Shown piece after piece: positions 11,237-25,883 of a stretch of DNA of 64,000 bases. Numbering within the stretch: the first letter of the stretch is position 1; each line of letters starts with the position of its first letter. The position numbers were made by a program, and so were the translations under genes. A model generated the notes under the pieces. That model did not search any database and was not told the DNA's origin. It saw only the letters and a program-made list of their open reading frames with translations. The stretch covers positions 1 through 64,000 of the forward strand of contig KE561130.1 of assembly GCA_000442015.1 (NCBI GenBank), given 5' to 3'. Source of the stretch: Rozella allomycis CSF55. Its lineage: Eukaryota.

Positions 11237-12436
11237 ATGAGTTTTCGCGTAAGACCAACAGTTACTAAACAAAGATAACGTCGATAGAAGATGATCATCG
11301 TTTTGGGAATAGAGACCAGGAGCTTGCAAAAGGAATGAAGTTTCCCCGTGAGTTTAGAGAAAAGGTAATAATGGCAAAGTCTATGAATAGGTTGATATGA
11401 AAAAGGTTACCTTTGATGCATTAAGGCCTTGGATAGCAAAGAAAGTTACTGATATATTGGGGATGGAGGATGATGTTGTAGTCAATTTGATATTTAATCT
11501 GTTTGAAGAAACTGTAATTGATTTATTTGAAGTCAATAAAGGATAAACCTGATCCTAAAAATATTCAAGTTCAGCTCACAGGATTTCTTGAAGATAAAGC
11601 TGGCAAATTCATGTTGGAACTTTGGCGGTTATTGCTGAGTGCTCAAAATTCTGCTGCTGGAATTCCCAAAGAGTTCATAGAACAAAGCAAAAACGAATTA
11701 ATGAAGAGAAAAGTAAATACAAAATAAAGATTGAAATAGATGGAAGAAGAGAGATTAAGAACTGAGATGAAACTGCATGACAGCAATCGAAGAAAATTGG
11801 ACGATTCCTCAAATCATGGCACAAGAAGAAAAATGAGCCGATCACCTAGACGATATCAAAGTAGATCCAGAGAGAGAATTTCAGCTCGGAATAATAGCAA
11901 CACTTTGACTTCACCTAGACACAGTAGGAATCGTAGTAGATCTGTTGACCGTCATAGACAACATAGAAATCGTAGTAGGTCTACTCATCGCCATCGCCAT
12001 CGAAGTAGGTCAGTAGAGCCTCATAGACATCGAAGTAGGTCAGTAGAGCCTCATAGACGTCGAAGTAGATCTACTGACCGTCAAAGACATCGCAGCAGGT
12101 CAACTGATCGCCATAGACATCGCAGTAGGTCTTTTGAGCGTCATCGACATCGCAGCAGATCGATTGAACGCCAAAGACATCGAAGTAGGTCAACTGATCG
12201 CCATAGGCATCAAAGCAGGTCAACTGATCGCCATAGACATCGCAGTAGTTCCATAGAACGTGACAGATTTACTAAGCGACATGNGTTCCGTAGAACGTCA
12301 CAGATTTACTAAGCGACATGACAGATCAAGAAGCAGAGACAATTTTGATCGAGATGATCAGCGAAAGAATAACTTTGAAACCAAAAGGAACAGAAAATCT
12401 TCTCTTAGCAGAACTCCCACAAGAGATGAAATTTGA
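11237..12436 (+). CDS. PWI-domain RS-rich splicing factor (SRRM1-like)
   Basis: PDPKNIQVQLTGFL..FMLELWRLLLSAQ PWI motif, then RS/RH repeats; frameshift at N 12284 is an assembly overlap. Confidence 0.87.
11926..12260 (+). repeat. Coding 30-bp tandem repeat (RSRSTDRHRH-like units)
   Basis: Repeated cgaagtaggtcaactgatcgccatagacat-like units at 30-nt spacing. Confidence 0.9.
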
Positions 12437-12449
12437 AGAAATAAAATAT

Positions 12450-13764
<1,315 letters not shown>

Positions 13765-13861
13765 GTGAGGCGCAGGCTCAAATCAAAGTTTATAAACAAA
13801 TCAATGTAGATCTAGATCTGTATTTATTACAATTACGTGCAAGGAAAATACTAAATATGGC

Positions 13862-14180
13862 TTAATTTCTATCTTTTAACTTTTCAATCTGTTAATTAAC
13901 ATAAGACTAAATAACATACTTCCGTCCTCAATTCGTTAATTATCATTTCTTTCCTTGACAATTCCTCAATAGCTGTCTTATATAGACACGATATATTTTT
14001 TTCCAGATTTACTTTGTAATTCTCAAGCAGTGAAATCTATGGTGTGCCTTTCGTGTCTTGTACCTTCTTATTTTGGGATTCCAACTCCCTTAATAGTTTT
14101 TCACATTTTTCATTTAGCAGGGAATCTTTTTCTGACGTAGATTTTGCAAGGAATAGGTTATCATACAGTTCGTCTTCCAT
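13862..14180 (-). CDS. Small coiled-coil protein resembling the FLASH/CASP8AP2 N-terminal domain (about 86 aa, 3 exons)
   Basis: Spliced MEDELYDNLF...NLEKNISCLYKTAIEELSRKEMIINEL; two GT-AG introns keep the frame. Confidence 0.65.
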
Positions 14181-14201
14181 AAACCTACGCCACCATAAAT
14201 T

Positions 14202-14774
14202 ATGGTATGAATTATATGATTCTTTCATTAGCCAAATAACAAGAAACTATCCTTAAAATCTATCAAAAAAGTTGGCGCTCATCCTAAATCCAGAAGAGCT
14301 GTTCAAATGGCTAGATCTATTTTACGGACCGAAAAAGTTCAAGAGCAAAAAAAGAAGACGATGCTTTACAAAGTAGCTCCAAAAGGTACTAAAAATCATG
14401 TTATTATAATTCAGTCGAGCGATTTCTTTGGTTTCAAAAGGTGATATCTGGTATTCCAGAGAAGAAGAATTTCCATGTTGACGAAATCAAAGGATTCGCA
14501 AAGGAGTAACAAGAATCAACTTTCTTTTAATAGATATGTAAATAGACACGACACCGAAATGAAAGAAATTAGAGACTTGAAGAGTTCAGCTAGCAATTCA
14601 CAAATCACAAAACTAAAAGTCTTAGAAAATTTGAAATCAGAAGAAATGAGTGAGTACACTGGTGGTTTGGAAGTACCGAATCTGCAGAGCTCTGAAATTG
14701 TCAGATTTTTAAGAGAATGGACTGGAGATTATAATTCGATAAATTTGATAAAGACTATAAGGGTATCTATGTAA
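14202..14774 (+). CDS. TMA16: Translation machinery-associated protein 16
   Basis: ATG|intron|PNNKK..HPKSRRAVQMAR; C-terminal GLEVPNL..FLREWTGD. Confidence 0.8.
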
Positions 14775-14850
14775 TAAATTAAAAATTATATTTCATTAAT
14801 ATTGTTGTTTAGTTGTTTGCTTACGGACGTGGCTTAACCCTGGTTGATCG

Positions 14851-16769
14851 ATGGATAGCGAAAGGGATTATGCGTTACCAGCTGCTTCTGCTGGTATCGC
14901 GTTGATGGATCAAGGATCTATACCATTTAAATCATATAATCACAGTGGGAATAGTCACAAACCTGTGAATATTGCACTATTCAACCATTCGTCAGCGACG
15001 ATCTCGCTTTCGACTCTGCCAAATTCATTTTTGTCTCAGCTGCCTGGTAATTTTCATTCTTTGTCTTCTTCTCATCAACAACAATTATTGCGACAGGTGG
15101 TATCAAGAAATACAGCAACCCCACATTATAGGGCAAGACTGGCTGCAACATCTACTAGAACAGGGACAAATGGAAGTGTCTCGATGTTGACTGAAACAAT
15201 TTTCAAAAACGAAAAGTCTGAAAGCACTGAAAACAGTCTCTCACAGAGTTGGACGACCTTAGATCTAAGTGGAATGATGTGTAGAAATGTTTCCAATTTC
15301 CTTTTCAAGTATTCTTTTTTAACGTGTTTATATCTCAACCATAATTCATTGACATTTATTCCTGGTGACATTGGAAGGCTTAACTCGTTGAACGTTCTGG
15401 ACCTTTCTGGCAATCAATTGAAGGCGTTGCCACCAGAAATTGGACATTTAACAAATTTAAAGGATTTATTACTTTTTGACAATTTGCTTTCCACCCTTCC
15501 ATTCGAGATGGGGACATTGTACCAATTAGAGTTTTTGGGTTTGGAAGGCAATCATCTAAGCGATCCGATCTCTTCATTGTACCAGAAACAAGGGACTCAA
15601 TCTTTAATAGCCTTCTTAAGAGACCACGCACCAGGTATGTATTTGATTCGGTCTATATTTCAGATACAATTCAACCTATTGAAAGAGAATGGATTGTGCT
15701 AGAGTCTGAAACCGATCCCAGTCAAGTGTTTACTTGCCTTAGCTACAATATATTATGTGAAAAATATGCATCGCAATCATCGTATGGCTACACTCCATCT
15801 TGGGCTCTGTTATGGGAATATAGGCGCACCAAAATTCTTCAAGAAATTATCGATTACAACGCCGATATATTATGCCTACAAGTATTTCACATTAATTGAT
15901 TTGATTAGGAAGTCGAAACCGCGCAATTTGAAGAATTTTTCGTCGTTCAATTGAGCCTTCATGGTTATTCCGGAATTTTCCATCCAAAGTCGAGGGCGCG
16001 AACAATGTCAGATCAAGACAAGCGAACGGTTGATGGATGTGCGATTTTCTTTAAACAAAAGTATTAAAAGGATTAACCCTGTATTAGATTTACTTTGCTC
16101 AAATCACATTTTGTGGAGTTTAATCAGCATTGCCACAGTAGGCCAGATAGAAAGACAGATGATATGTACAACAGAGTGATGACAAAGGATAATATTGCTC
16201 TGTTTGCCGCACTAGAATACAAGGCTATGAATGAACGGCTTATTGTTGGAAATTGTCATATACATTGGGATCCTCTTCATAAGGACGTAAAGCTGGTCCA
16301 AACAGCAATCATGATTGAAGAATTAGAATTATTTTACAAAAAGTTTCCAAATTCTGCTATTGCGTTGTGTGGTGATTTTAATTCTCTCCCATCGTCTGGC
16401 GTTTACAGATTTCTATCGACAGGATCAATAGAAAACACACATGAAGACTTTGGTGATTTCACTTACATTCCGTACACTACTGAAGGTGTCAAACATTTGC
16501 TACCGTTACAAAGTGCCTATGAGTCGGCTCTGAAATCAGAACTACCTTTCACCAATTTCACACCTAATTTCACGGGTGTTTTAGACTATATTTGGTTCTC
16601 TCACAAAACGTTGACAGTTTCTGCTGTTTTATCAGGTATTTCTGAAGATTATGCTTCGAAAATTGTTGGTTTTCCAAACATGCATTTTCCTTCCGATCAT
16701 ATCGCCATAATGGTAGAATTTAAATGGAAAACTTCGAAACCATCTTTCTCTAAATCTATCAAACGTTAA
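14851..16769 (+). CDS. CCR4: CCR4 deadenylase (LRR + EEP nuclease)
   Basis: LRR repeats; [21 protein letters not shown] motifs. Confidence 0.95.
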
Positions 16770-16878
16770 TAATTGTGCAATAAATATATACATTTTTATT
16801 TCGAACTAAAATTTTATTACGCTTTAATGATTTCTCCTTTGTTGTCATTAGAGTGGTCACCAAGGCGAAATTCAGTTT

Positions 16879-19800
16879 ATGCCTGCGATCTCTAATAGAG
16901 ACTTGGAAGAATTGGGGTCGGTCTGGAACTCGATTGAAAAATGCATTTCAAAGATGTCCGACAAGGTTACATCAAACTCCTCATTGTCTTCTCCCGATGA
17001 AATTAGAAAAAGTTTCTCTAATTTGCAGTTTCAGGGTGGGTCAAACGAAGCATGGGCAAATCATGCAATGAACCATTGCACAAAACTACAAGACATTTTA
17101 GAACAAATAGGTAATAATTGTTACATCTCATTTCCTGATAAAAGGAAATGGAAATTAACAGCCAAATCAAACATTCGTGTTCAACTATTGGGCACACTTT
17201 TTAAGGTAACAATTACAAACCTTCTGAATAGTACTTTTATACGGACCAAGAAAAATTGACATGCCTCCTGTCTATATCAAAGTCTATTTACATGAAAGGC
17301 TCAAGTAAATATGCATTTGGTTAATTGAACAGCCAAATATAAATCCGATTGCTTCAAACAAGGTTTCACAACTTCCTTGCTAGATGCATTTGTGCATCTA
17401 CAAAACATGTATTCGGATAAATTTATTCTTGAACTGGCAGATTTGATAGACCTACTTGAATATGCGGCAAACAAAGGTACTAATTAATTCCTAGCCTCTT
17501 TAAGACAAAAAATTTGCTATCAAAGTAAGACTTCAATTGGCTCTTGAGCCCATTATCAGAAGTTATTGTATGGCCGCTGACGAATCTAGTGATCAAATAA
17601 TACAGTTGCTATTTCCTATTCTTTCAGTCGCACTTCAAAATGATTTGAATTGCAAAATTGCTTTAAAAAATCAACAATTTCTCCATTGGCTAAAAAGATT
17701 TTGGGACAACGCAGATAAATTATTGCACTCCGATTTCAAAAAGAATTTGGAACTAATATATCATCTGACTAAATCACCAACACTTTTATCAGATTTAAAA
17801 CCTAATTTTGATTTGGCCTATTTAATAACGAAATATGAAAACAACGAATCTAGTGATGTTTCATCGCCTTTACAAAAGTTGATATTAGGCATTTTACTTA
17901 ACTTAACTACATCAAGTATATAAATTCTTCAACTAGTCATAGGCGTGTATGTTTCTCAATTCTTAAATTCTGACGGACTAGAATTTTTGCGAACTACGAT
18001 TATACAAAACGTTGAAGCGAACAATGAAGTCTGCAAATCGCTTAAAGGGATTTTAAGAAACATCATAAAAGATCGTCCCTTGTATTTTATACCCGAAAGA
18101 ACATATTTCAAAGATCAAATAGGTTCAACTGACAGGTCCGAATCTTTTGACGAGCTCCTTTATGTGAATGAGAGAAACGGTCTAAATCAAAAAAGCATAC
18201 AAGAAGCCACATATAAAATAAACTCCGTAATCAGTCACTCAAAGAGAGTCCTGCATAGTTGGGCGTGGTCATCAACCGAAGAACCCTTCAATACTAACCT
18301 GTGTGATGCTAATGAATCTTCAAAGTAAACTTAAAGTACATTAACGATAGTGATTTCATTGAAATTTTACTGAATATCATGACAGAAAGGACTATCGCTA
18401 GTATTGTTTATGATCTAGACTCAACGGATGAGGAATGTGATAATCATAATTGCTTGAAGTTCGAATCAAGATTTGAATCTGGCAATTTGCATCGATCTGT
18501 TTATGTTGGAAATAATGTTTACTTTTTATTCATAAGACCGGATGTTGGATCAAATTTAGGACAACATCATCAATGGTTTTATTTTGAAGTTTCCAACACA
18601 AAAAAAGATGAAGAATATACATTCTATGTGATAAATTATGTGAAACCATCATCATCTTTTGAAGACGGCATGCAACCTGTATTCTATTCGACAAAGTCCT
18701 CGGATGCAGGTAACATAGGATGGCACAGACATGGATATGATATTTCATACTTTAAACACGTGATTCCAAATCCTAGTAAAGAAAATGCTAATTACTCTGC
18801 ACTAAAATTTAAGATTAATTTCCCCTATGATGACGACGAATGTTACTTGGCATATCATTTTCCGTATACTTATACCGATTTGCAAGTTTACCTTGATTCT
18901 ATATCAAGAAGAATCAATGTTCCTTCGAATGATATTTATTATGAGCGCCAAGCTGTTTGTTACACTGATAATAATAATGTGGTGGATTGTTTGACTATCA
19001 CGAATATGTATAGTGTTAAACCTATAGAAAACAGAACGTATATTTTTATAACAGCCAGAGTTCATCCAGGAGAATCTAATTCTAGCTACATAATGGAAGG
19101 CAAGGATGATTCTATATTATGATGGCAGGAATGCTTAATTTTTTACTCGGGCCATCTGAAGATGCCAATTATCTTCGAAATAATTATATTTTTAAAATTG
19201 TTCCAATGCTAAATCCAGATGGTGTTATTGAAGGAAAGTAAATGCTAATTTAAACTCAATAATAGTCATCGATGCTCCTTAACTGGAGTGGATTTGAACA
19301 GGGAATGGCAATCACCCTCTAAGAATAAAAGTTACGCGATTTGGTGTGTAAAAAACCTGTGGTCATATATTTGCAAAATCTCGAAAATATCCCCAACAGT
19401 AAGCATGAGAGTTGATTTGCTAAAAATAGATCTCAATAGATCTACATGGGCATTCCAGAAAAAACAATATATTCGTTTTCGGATGTCCTAATGCTAATAA
19501 TCTGGAAAAACTATTTACGTTTAGTTTAAAACAAAGTTGTGATTTTGTTGATTATTCGAATTCCAGGTTTAAGATTCAAAAATCAAAAAGAACAACGGCA
19601 AGAGTTGTATTGTGGAAAGAGCTGAATATTCCATGTAGTGTCACAATTGAAACGTCTTACCTCGGAGCTACGGAAGGAAACGATGCAGTAAAATCATTAT
19701 GAATTTGTTTTAGTTTAAACAATGGTCCATACCTAAGCTTTACAGGGCTGGAAATTTAATCGGTTACGGTGTTTCAAGATTTTCAAAGATTTTAGATCAA

Positions 19801-19987
19801 AACTCCGACGACTCAATGCATGAATACATTTCGTCTGTTGTTTTGCCTGATTTAGCGAAAGCTANCTAATTTAACGAAAACTATCCAAGACGATGATGAA
19901 GAAGACTTAGAACAAAATATGGAAGACCTTAGTCAAGGTATAAACTCATCAATGTCTATGGAACTTAAAGAAGATTTTGATTTGTGA
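16879..19987 (+). CDS. Cytosolic carboxypeptidase (CCP1/Nna1-like tubulin deglutamylase)
   Basis: [20 protein letters not shown]-like, [25 protein letters not shown]; helical N-terminus. Start codon approximate. Confidence 0.88.
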
Positions 19988-20048
19988 TNNNNNNNNNNNN
20001 NNNNNNNNNNNNNNNNNNNNNNNNNNNNNNNNNNNNNNNNNNNNNNNN

Positions 20049-20488
20049 GCTTTTAAGATTCTTTCATTATCTAAATAGTTTTTCATCAGTTCGGTAGCAA
20101 TTGAATTTTCATGTCCGATGGCTGTAATCAAATTTTGATATGCCAGTCTATAAGATTTCGCGGAATACGTCATTTCACAATTAATTTTACGATTTTCTTT
20201 ATGTGGAGGTACTCTAATTTTCTTGTTAATATTGTAATGAAGTCTGCACGTATTGCACCAAGTAAATTTCGGATCAATCGCGGATCTTCTCCATTTGCAA
20301 CTTCTGGTGGTGCCACAATTATCACAAACCTTTATTGATGTCTTTGATTTCTGACTGATGGTGACTGGATTAGAGAAATTGCAAGCATCTAGCGAAGGTT
20401 GAAGATCTGACCTTGAAATCCAATTAAATATTTGACTATATTCATCTTCGAAATTACTATCAAGTTCGAGATCCAAGTCAAAGGACAT
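20049..20488 (-). CDS. GATA-type zinc finger protein (3' end lost in N gap)
   Basis: CDNCGTTRSCKWRR...WCNTC (C-x2-C-x19-C-x2-C). Confidence 0.7.
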
Positions 20489-20611
20489 AATGGAGCTTGG
20501 TATCAATCAAATAGTGGCGTTGAAAGCTCAAGCTCAATATTTTTGTGACAGGTTACAAAAATGGAAATTATGACATAAACAGAAAAGTGACAGATTTATC
20601 ATTTATTTATG

Positions 20612-21693
20612 TTAGCGAGACAAGGAATTTAGTGGAATGTCGTTATTGTACACCATTTCCTTTGAACCTATTGTACCTGTGGTTCCCGAAACACCAAAAG
20701 TAGTGAATGAAGTGACGTTTGCACTTGGGTTTAATGTTGGCCAAGAAATTCCACTCTTCTTCTTTAACGAAAGTTCTATCTTTGTTCCAAGAATGCTATA
20801 GCGCGAATTTTCTTCGTCAATACACTATTTGTAAATTTGAATCATCATTACGTCAAAAAGATTGGCTTCATAAACGGTGGAACGGCCATCTTGAAATTTG
20901 ATTGACGCAGTGAAGGAGTTTTGAGTGAAGGAAATCACCGTGTTTTCTTTGTCGGCCTTTTTGGCAAACAAAGAAACAATAATGTGTGTTTGAGTTTGAT
21001 ACCAATCATGCTTGATATCAATCTTTTCCTCCTTTTGTTGAACTACCTGGGGTTCTGTAAATCTATGCTTTCCTAGTTTACAGCCCTTGATTTTTAAAAA
21101 TTCATCAAACTCTAAAACCTTTCGAGAACAGCAAGTGTATCCTTTGGACCCTTCATGAAAAATTGGGTCGCCTGGGTGAAAGTGGCACTCTTCCTCGCGT
21201 GATTCTTCCCCATTGAACACGGCATTACATCCCTTCCTTTTACATTTAGTTCCAACGCCAATTTTAGCATCTTTAATATCATTCAAGTCTTCCTCTTTAA
21301 TCTTATTTTTAGATTCTTTCTCTTTATTAACATCAGAGTGTTGGAAAGAAAAGAATTCGGTATTTTTATTAATATTTTCATTTACAACAATATTTTCACT
21401 TCTTGTTGGTACTCCCGCCAGTGTGGTGGGTGTGGACTCCTTTTTTTCTTCAGCAACTTCGATAGTAGAATGTTTTCCAGTCGTGCAACCTGGAATATTC
21501 AAAAAATCATTAAATTCAATAACTCTTTTAGAACAACAGCCCCATCCTTTCATTCCCTATCATACATTGTTTGTAATTCTTATACTTCGTGAAAAATTGG
21601 CCCCATTGTATGGAAACAGCATGATTCTTCATTGTTTTGGTCAGGATCAAACATTTTATTGCATCCTCTATTCTTGCACTTCACTAACGACAT
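20612..21693 (-). CDS. CHORD-CHORD-CS co-chaperone (CHORDC1/Chp1-like)
   Basis: Two CHORD repeats (C..RGC, H.G.PIFHE, CC..V.EF..FL.I.GC..G.H) plus CS domain DWYQT. Confidence 0.92.
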
Positions 21694-21998
21694 GAGATTT
21701 TTCTAGAAACTTCCCAGCCACAGCGTTAATGATGGGTTTTAATATAGCAGTCAAGGTATTGAAAAAAAACATCATCTCCTATAAATTGATACATCCATTA
21801 CATCATGACAAAATTTTGGGATGAAATTTATCAAAATGACGTATTTGTGAGTTTACGATCAATTTGAATTTAATTTCCAATAATTAAAAAGTATAATTTA
21901 ATAATTAATTCATAATTTCATATATGAAAGGAATATATTTTTCAAGAACTATATTTCGCTTTTTTGAACCCTGGATTCCGAAAATTCAGACATTCCAT

Positions 21999-22975
21999 AT
22001 GATTGACCTTTCTTTTATGCCTGGAAATTCATTGCTAAACTCCAAACTTGATGAGTCTATCGACTACTTCAATTTTAATCAAAAGTGTCCAACTTTCGAT
22101 ATGGCACCTGCAAATAACGTACACAACTAAGATTTTATACACATAGCCCGTTGAATTTTATGATAAACTTATGGATCCTAATTCAGATTCTCCATGTAAA
22201 ATTGAAATGCGCCATGGAACCACTACTTTAGGCTTCCAATTTCAAGAGGGTGTGATTATCGCCGTTGATTCTAGGGCTACAGCTGGTAAAAAATGCATAT
22301 TTTGATCACAGGTCCTTACATCGCATCCCAGACGGTTAAAAAAGTTATTGAAATTAACCCCTATTTGTTGGGGACAATGGCCGGAGGGGCTGCGGATTGT
22401 TCGTATTGGGAACGTGAACTAGGGAGGAGATGCAGGTAATCCAAAAAATTATTAAGAAATTGATTATACGAACTGAGAAATAAGGAAAGAATATCTGTGG
22501 CTGCTGCTTCGAAACTTCTTGCAAATATGGTGTATTCGTATAAAGGAATGGGAGTAAAAATATTATGTTTTCTTAAAAGCTTTCAATGGGAACAATGGTA
22601 ACTGGATGGGATAAGACGGTAGCCCAATTTCAATTTTAATATAGGGACCCAATCTATTTTATGTAGATAACGACGGTACTCGTTTAAAAGGAGACTTGTT
22701 TTCTGTTGGCTCCGGATCGACCTTTGCGTATGGTGTATTGGATACAGGATACCATTTTGATCTTACTGTCAATGAGGCACTTGAACTTGGAAGAAGAGCT
22801 ATTTATCACGCCACACATAGGGACGCATATTCCGGCGGTTCTATTAATTGTAATATTTTCTCGTATATAATGAGTTTTAGTGTATCACATGACGCAAGAT
22901 GGCTGGAAGTTTCATGGAAATCATGATGTAGGAAACCTTTACTACGAATACAACGATGTTCAAGTTGCCTTGTAG
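21999..22975 (+). CDS. PRE2: Proteasome beta-5 subunit
   Basis: Propeptide then [38 protein letters not shown]. Confidence 0.95.
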
Positions 22976-23250
22976 GAAATTAAATAAATGATTTTACAAT
23001 ACATTTGATCTTCCATAATGTACATATTAATTGGCTAATGAGCCAGGAAGTTGTAGAAATGGCTGTCAGCAATTGAATTTAGCTTTGCCGCCCATTGCCC
23101 AAAATATCTTCACAGAAATCAATTAATCAAATACTTGCTAGGTCGATAACAATAACTATTCAGGTTGTACACAGTACATTCTAATACTTTAAAACAAAAA
23201 TATAAAAATGTAAAATATTTGTTCAAGTCCAAACAATAACATTTGTGGCA

Positions 23251-25866
23251 ATGCCCAACGGCATCAGAAATGATGCGACCATAGAAAGTCATGACGCAGA
23301 TGTGCATTTAAAATCTGTAAATGTTAGTAGCGTAGAATTACATCCATTCGAAGAAACATATTTAATTGATGCCCAAGAACTCCAAGCATTTCGGCCTACA
23401 ATCAATGACCTTTTATATGGGAATAAAAAGGTTATAAAGAAAACAAAAGACGAAACTCGAGTAAATTCAATTCGAAGTCCAAAGTACGGTACTTTTGATG
23501 GAGTATTTTTACGGTGCATTATTAGTATATGGGGTGCTATTCTCTTTTTAAGAATGGGTTGGTTATCGGGAGTGGCAGGTATCGGCCTAGGATCAATAAT
23601 AGTGTTAATATCTACTCTCATCAGTATAATTACTTCGTTATCAATGTCTGCAATCAGCACTAATGGGTTAATGAAGGGCGGTGGTGCATATTTTGTTGTT
23701 TCAAGATCTCTTGGCCCTAAATTTGGTGCGGTAATCGGCATTTTGTTTTCTTTGGCGGCAGCTGTGTCTGTTACACTACACACCTTGGGTTTTGTAGAAA
23801 CATTGATGTCAATTCTACCAGGAAAGTATGTGACCGGAACAATTTATTGGGATCAAATTCTATATTCTTTAATTACTATAACTTTATTGATAATTATAGC
23901 GGCTAATGGTGTTGAATGGGTTATAAAGTTGAATTACATCCTTTTTCTTGCAATGTTCGTTCCTTTATTATTTGTCATCATTGGGTCATTCTTTATTACA
24001 GAACCTGGAACAGTGACTTCCTATACTGCGAAAACGTTTTCTGAAAACTGGACACCATCATTCCCGATCGAGCATCTTCCCAAAGGCCTTGGAGAACAAA
24101 TGTTTGGAATGGCATTGGTGTCTCCTGGCTTTTTTACGGCTTTTGCAGTCTTTTTTCCGGCTGTTACCGGCATCTTTGCAGGATTAAATATATCAGGTGA
24201 TTTGAAAGACTCCCAAAAGTCTGTTCCGATAGGTACGTTTTTGAGCATAGTATGTACGTCTTCATTCTATTTGCTTTTTGTTTGGATACTGGGAGCAACT
24301 TGCACTAGAGAAGAGCTTGTGTCTAATTATTTTGTTATGAGTAAATTGTCAATTTGGTCACCAGTATTCTACGTTGGCGTAATATCGGCTACTCTCTCCT
24401 CGGCTTTAGGCGCTCTGGTGGATGCCCCTAGGATNTTTAGGTGCTCTGGTGGATGCCCCTAGAATTTTTCAAGCAGTGTGCTTAGATAACTTATTTCCAT
24501 CTCTAAGAATATTGGGAAAAGGCTTTGGAAAATCAAATGAACCTATCTACTCTTATGCACTGTGCTGGTTGGTTAGCAGCATCTGCTTGTTTCTTGGCGA
24601 CTTGAATCCAGTTTCAGCACTAGCGACTCAATTTTATCTCGTGCCATATGTAGTCATTAATTATGCCTGTTATAAGCTGTCAACATCACATTCGTCAGGC
24701 TGGAGACCATCGTTTAAATACTATCATCCATTAGTTTCACTAACTGGCTCAATAATATGCGTTATTTGTATGATTCTTATTGATTGGTTTACATTTGCAT
24801 TGTCCATAATAATTGGAATCATCGTCTATTCAATAATAGAAAAGTTAAATCCGCATGTTGCATGGGGCTCCATAGGGGAAACAATGATCTACAACGACGC
24901 CTGGAAGGATCTTTTGCGGCTAGGCCATAAGGCTCACCACGTGAAAAATTTTAAACCTCAGTTTCTGGTTTTGTGTAGGGATATTGAAAAGTCACATGAT
25001 ATTATTAAATTTGCTCACGAGTTGAATTACAAGGCGTGTGGTGCTGTCATTATAGGAAATGTTCTGATTGGAAACTTCAATGATAAGAAAAAAGAAATAT
25101 GTGATTTGAGCAAGCAATGTTATTATTTTCACGATGGAGTAGAATGCATCATTAGTAGAGTAGTGTCTCCTACATTGAGAGAAGGAGCCCAAGTTATGTT
25201 TCAAGTTTCAGGCTTAGGCGCAATCAGACCTAATATTTTGTTCTTGAAATTTCTAAGCGGCGGGGAAGCCACTCCTTATGAATTGAAGGCAGAGTATGTC
25301 AATTTAATACGAGACTCTTTTGAGCTCAGCTTTGGGGTACTTGTGACCAGAAATTTGACTAAATATAATGCTATCCAGGGGAAGAAGATAATTGATGTGT
25401 ATTGGATATATGACGATGGAGGATTAACGCCGCTTTTGGCATATTCTTTACATTGCTCAGTGAAGAATTCAATGATTAGGGTTTTTACTTTAGTGGATAA
25501 TGATAATGACCTGGATGATAAAAAAAGACGAATGGTCCATTTAATGGAAATGCTACGAATACCCAGTGAAGTAATAGCATGCAAACTACCGGGACCCCCA
25601 ATTGATGAAAGTTCTGATAATTTCGTTGAGCAGAAGTCTGTGTACATTAATGAAGTGGTAGAGGTCATGAAAGAAGTAATTTTAAATACATATTGGATAT
25701 TTAGAACTCTAAAGATTCGTCATTAATTTTTGTCAATTTTCCCCTGCCTGCTTTTAACATCCCCATTGACGATTATATAGGTTGGCTTGACAAACTAAGT
25801 AGCATACCAATAGCGACAATTATGATCCATGGAAATCAAGAAAATGTATTAAGCGCTTATGCATAA
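23251..25866 (+). CDS. SLC12 cation-chloride cotransporter
   Basis: GTFDGVF, GGGAYF..SRSLGP.FG, FFPAVTGI.AG.N.SGDL, APR.FQA, DVYW..DDGG; frameshift at N 24435 is an overlap artefact. Confidence 0.93.
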
Positions 25867-25883
25867 AGAAAATTTTAGTGTTT

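Noticed and set aside
19949-20048. GATA ORF apparently overlapping the CCP 3' end
   Set aside because: The ORF is extended only by reading through the N gap.
23289-23783. Antisense or alternate-frame ORFs in the track (e.g. 23289-23783, 21213-21695, 29026-29400)
   Set aside because: Shadows of well-supported genes on the other strand or frame, with no motifs of their own.
24405-24465. Apparent frameshift in the SLC12 gene (likewise SRRM1-like 12284 and SHMT 48991)
   Set aside because: Each sits at a single N flanked by a near-identical duplicated overlap, i.e. unmerged contig ends, not programmed frameshifts or pseudogenes.
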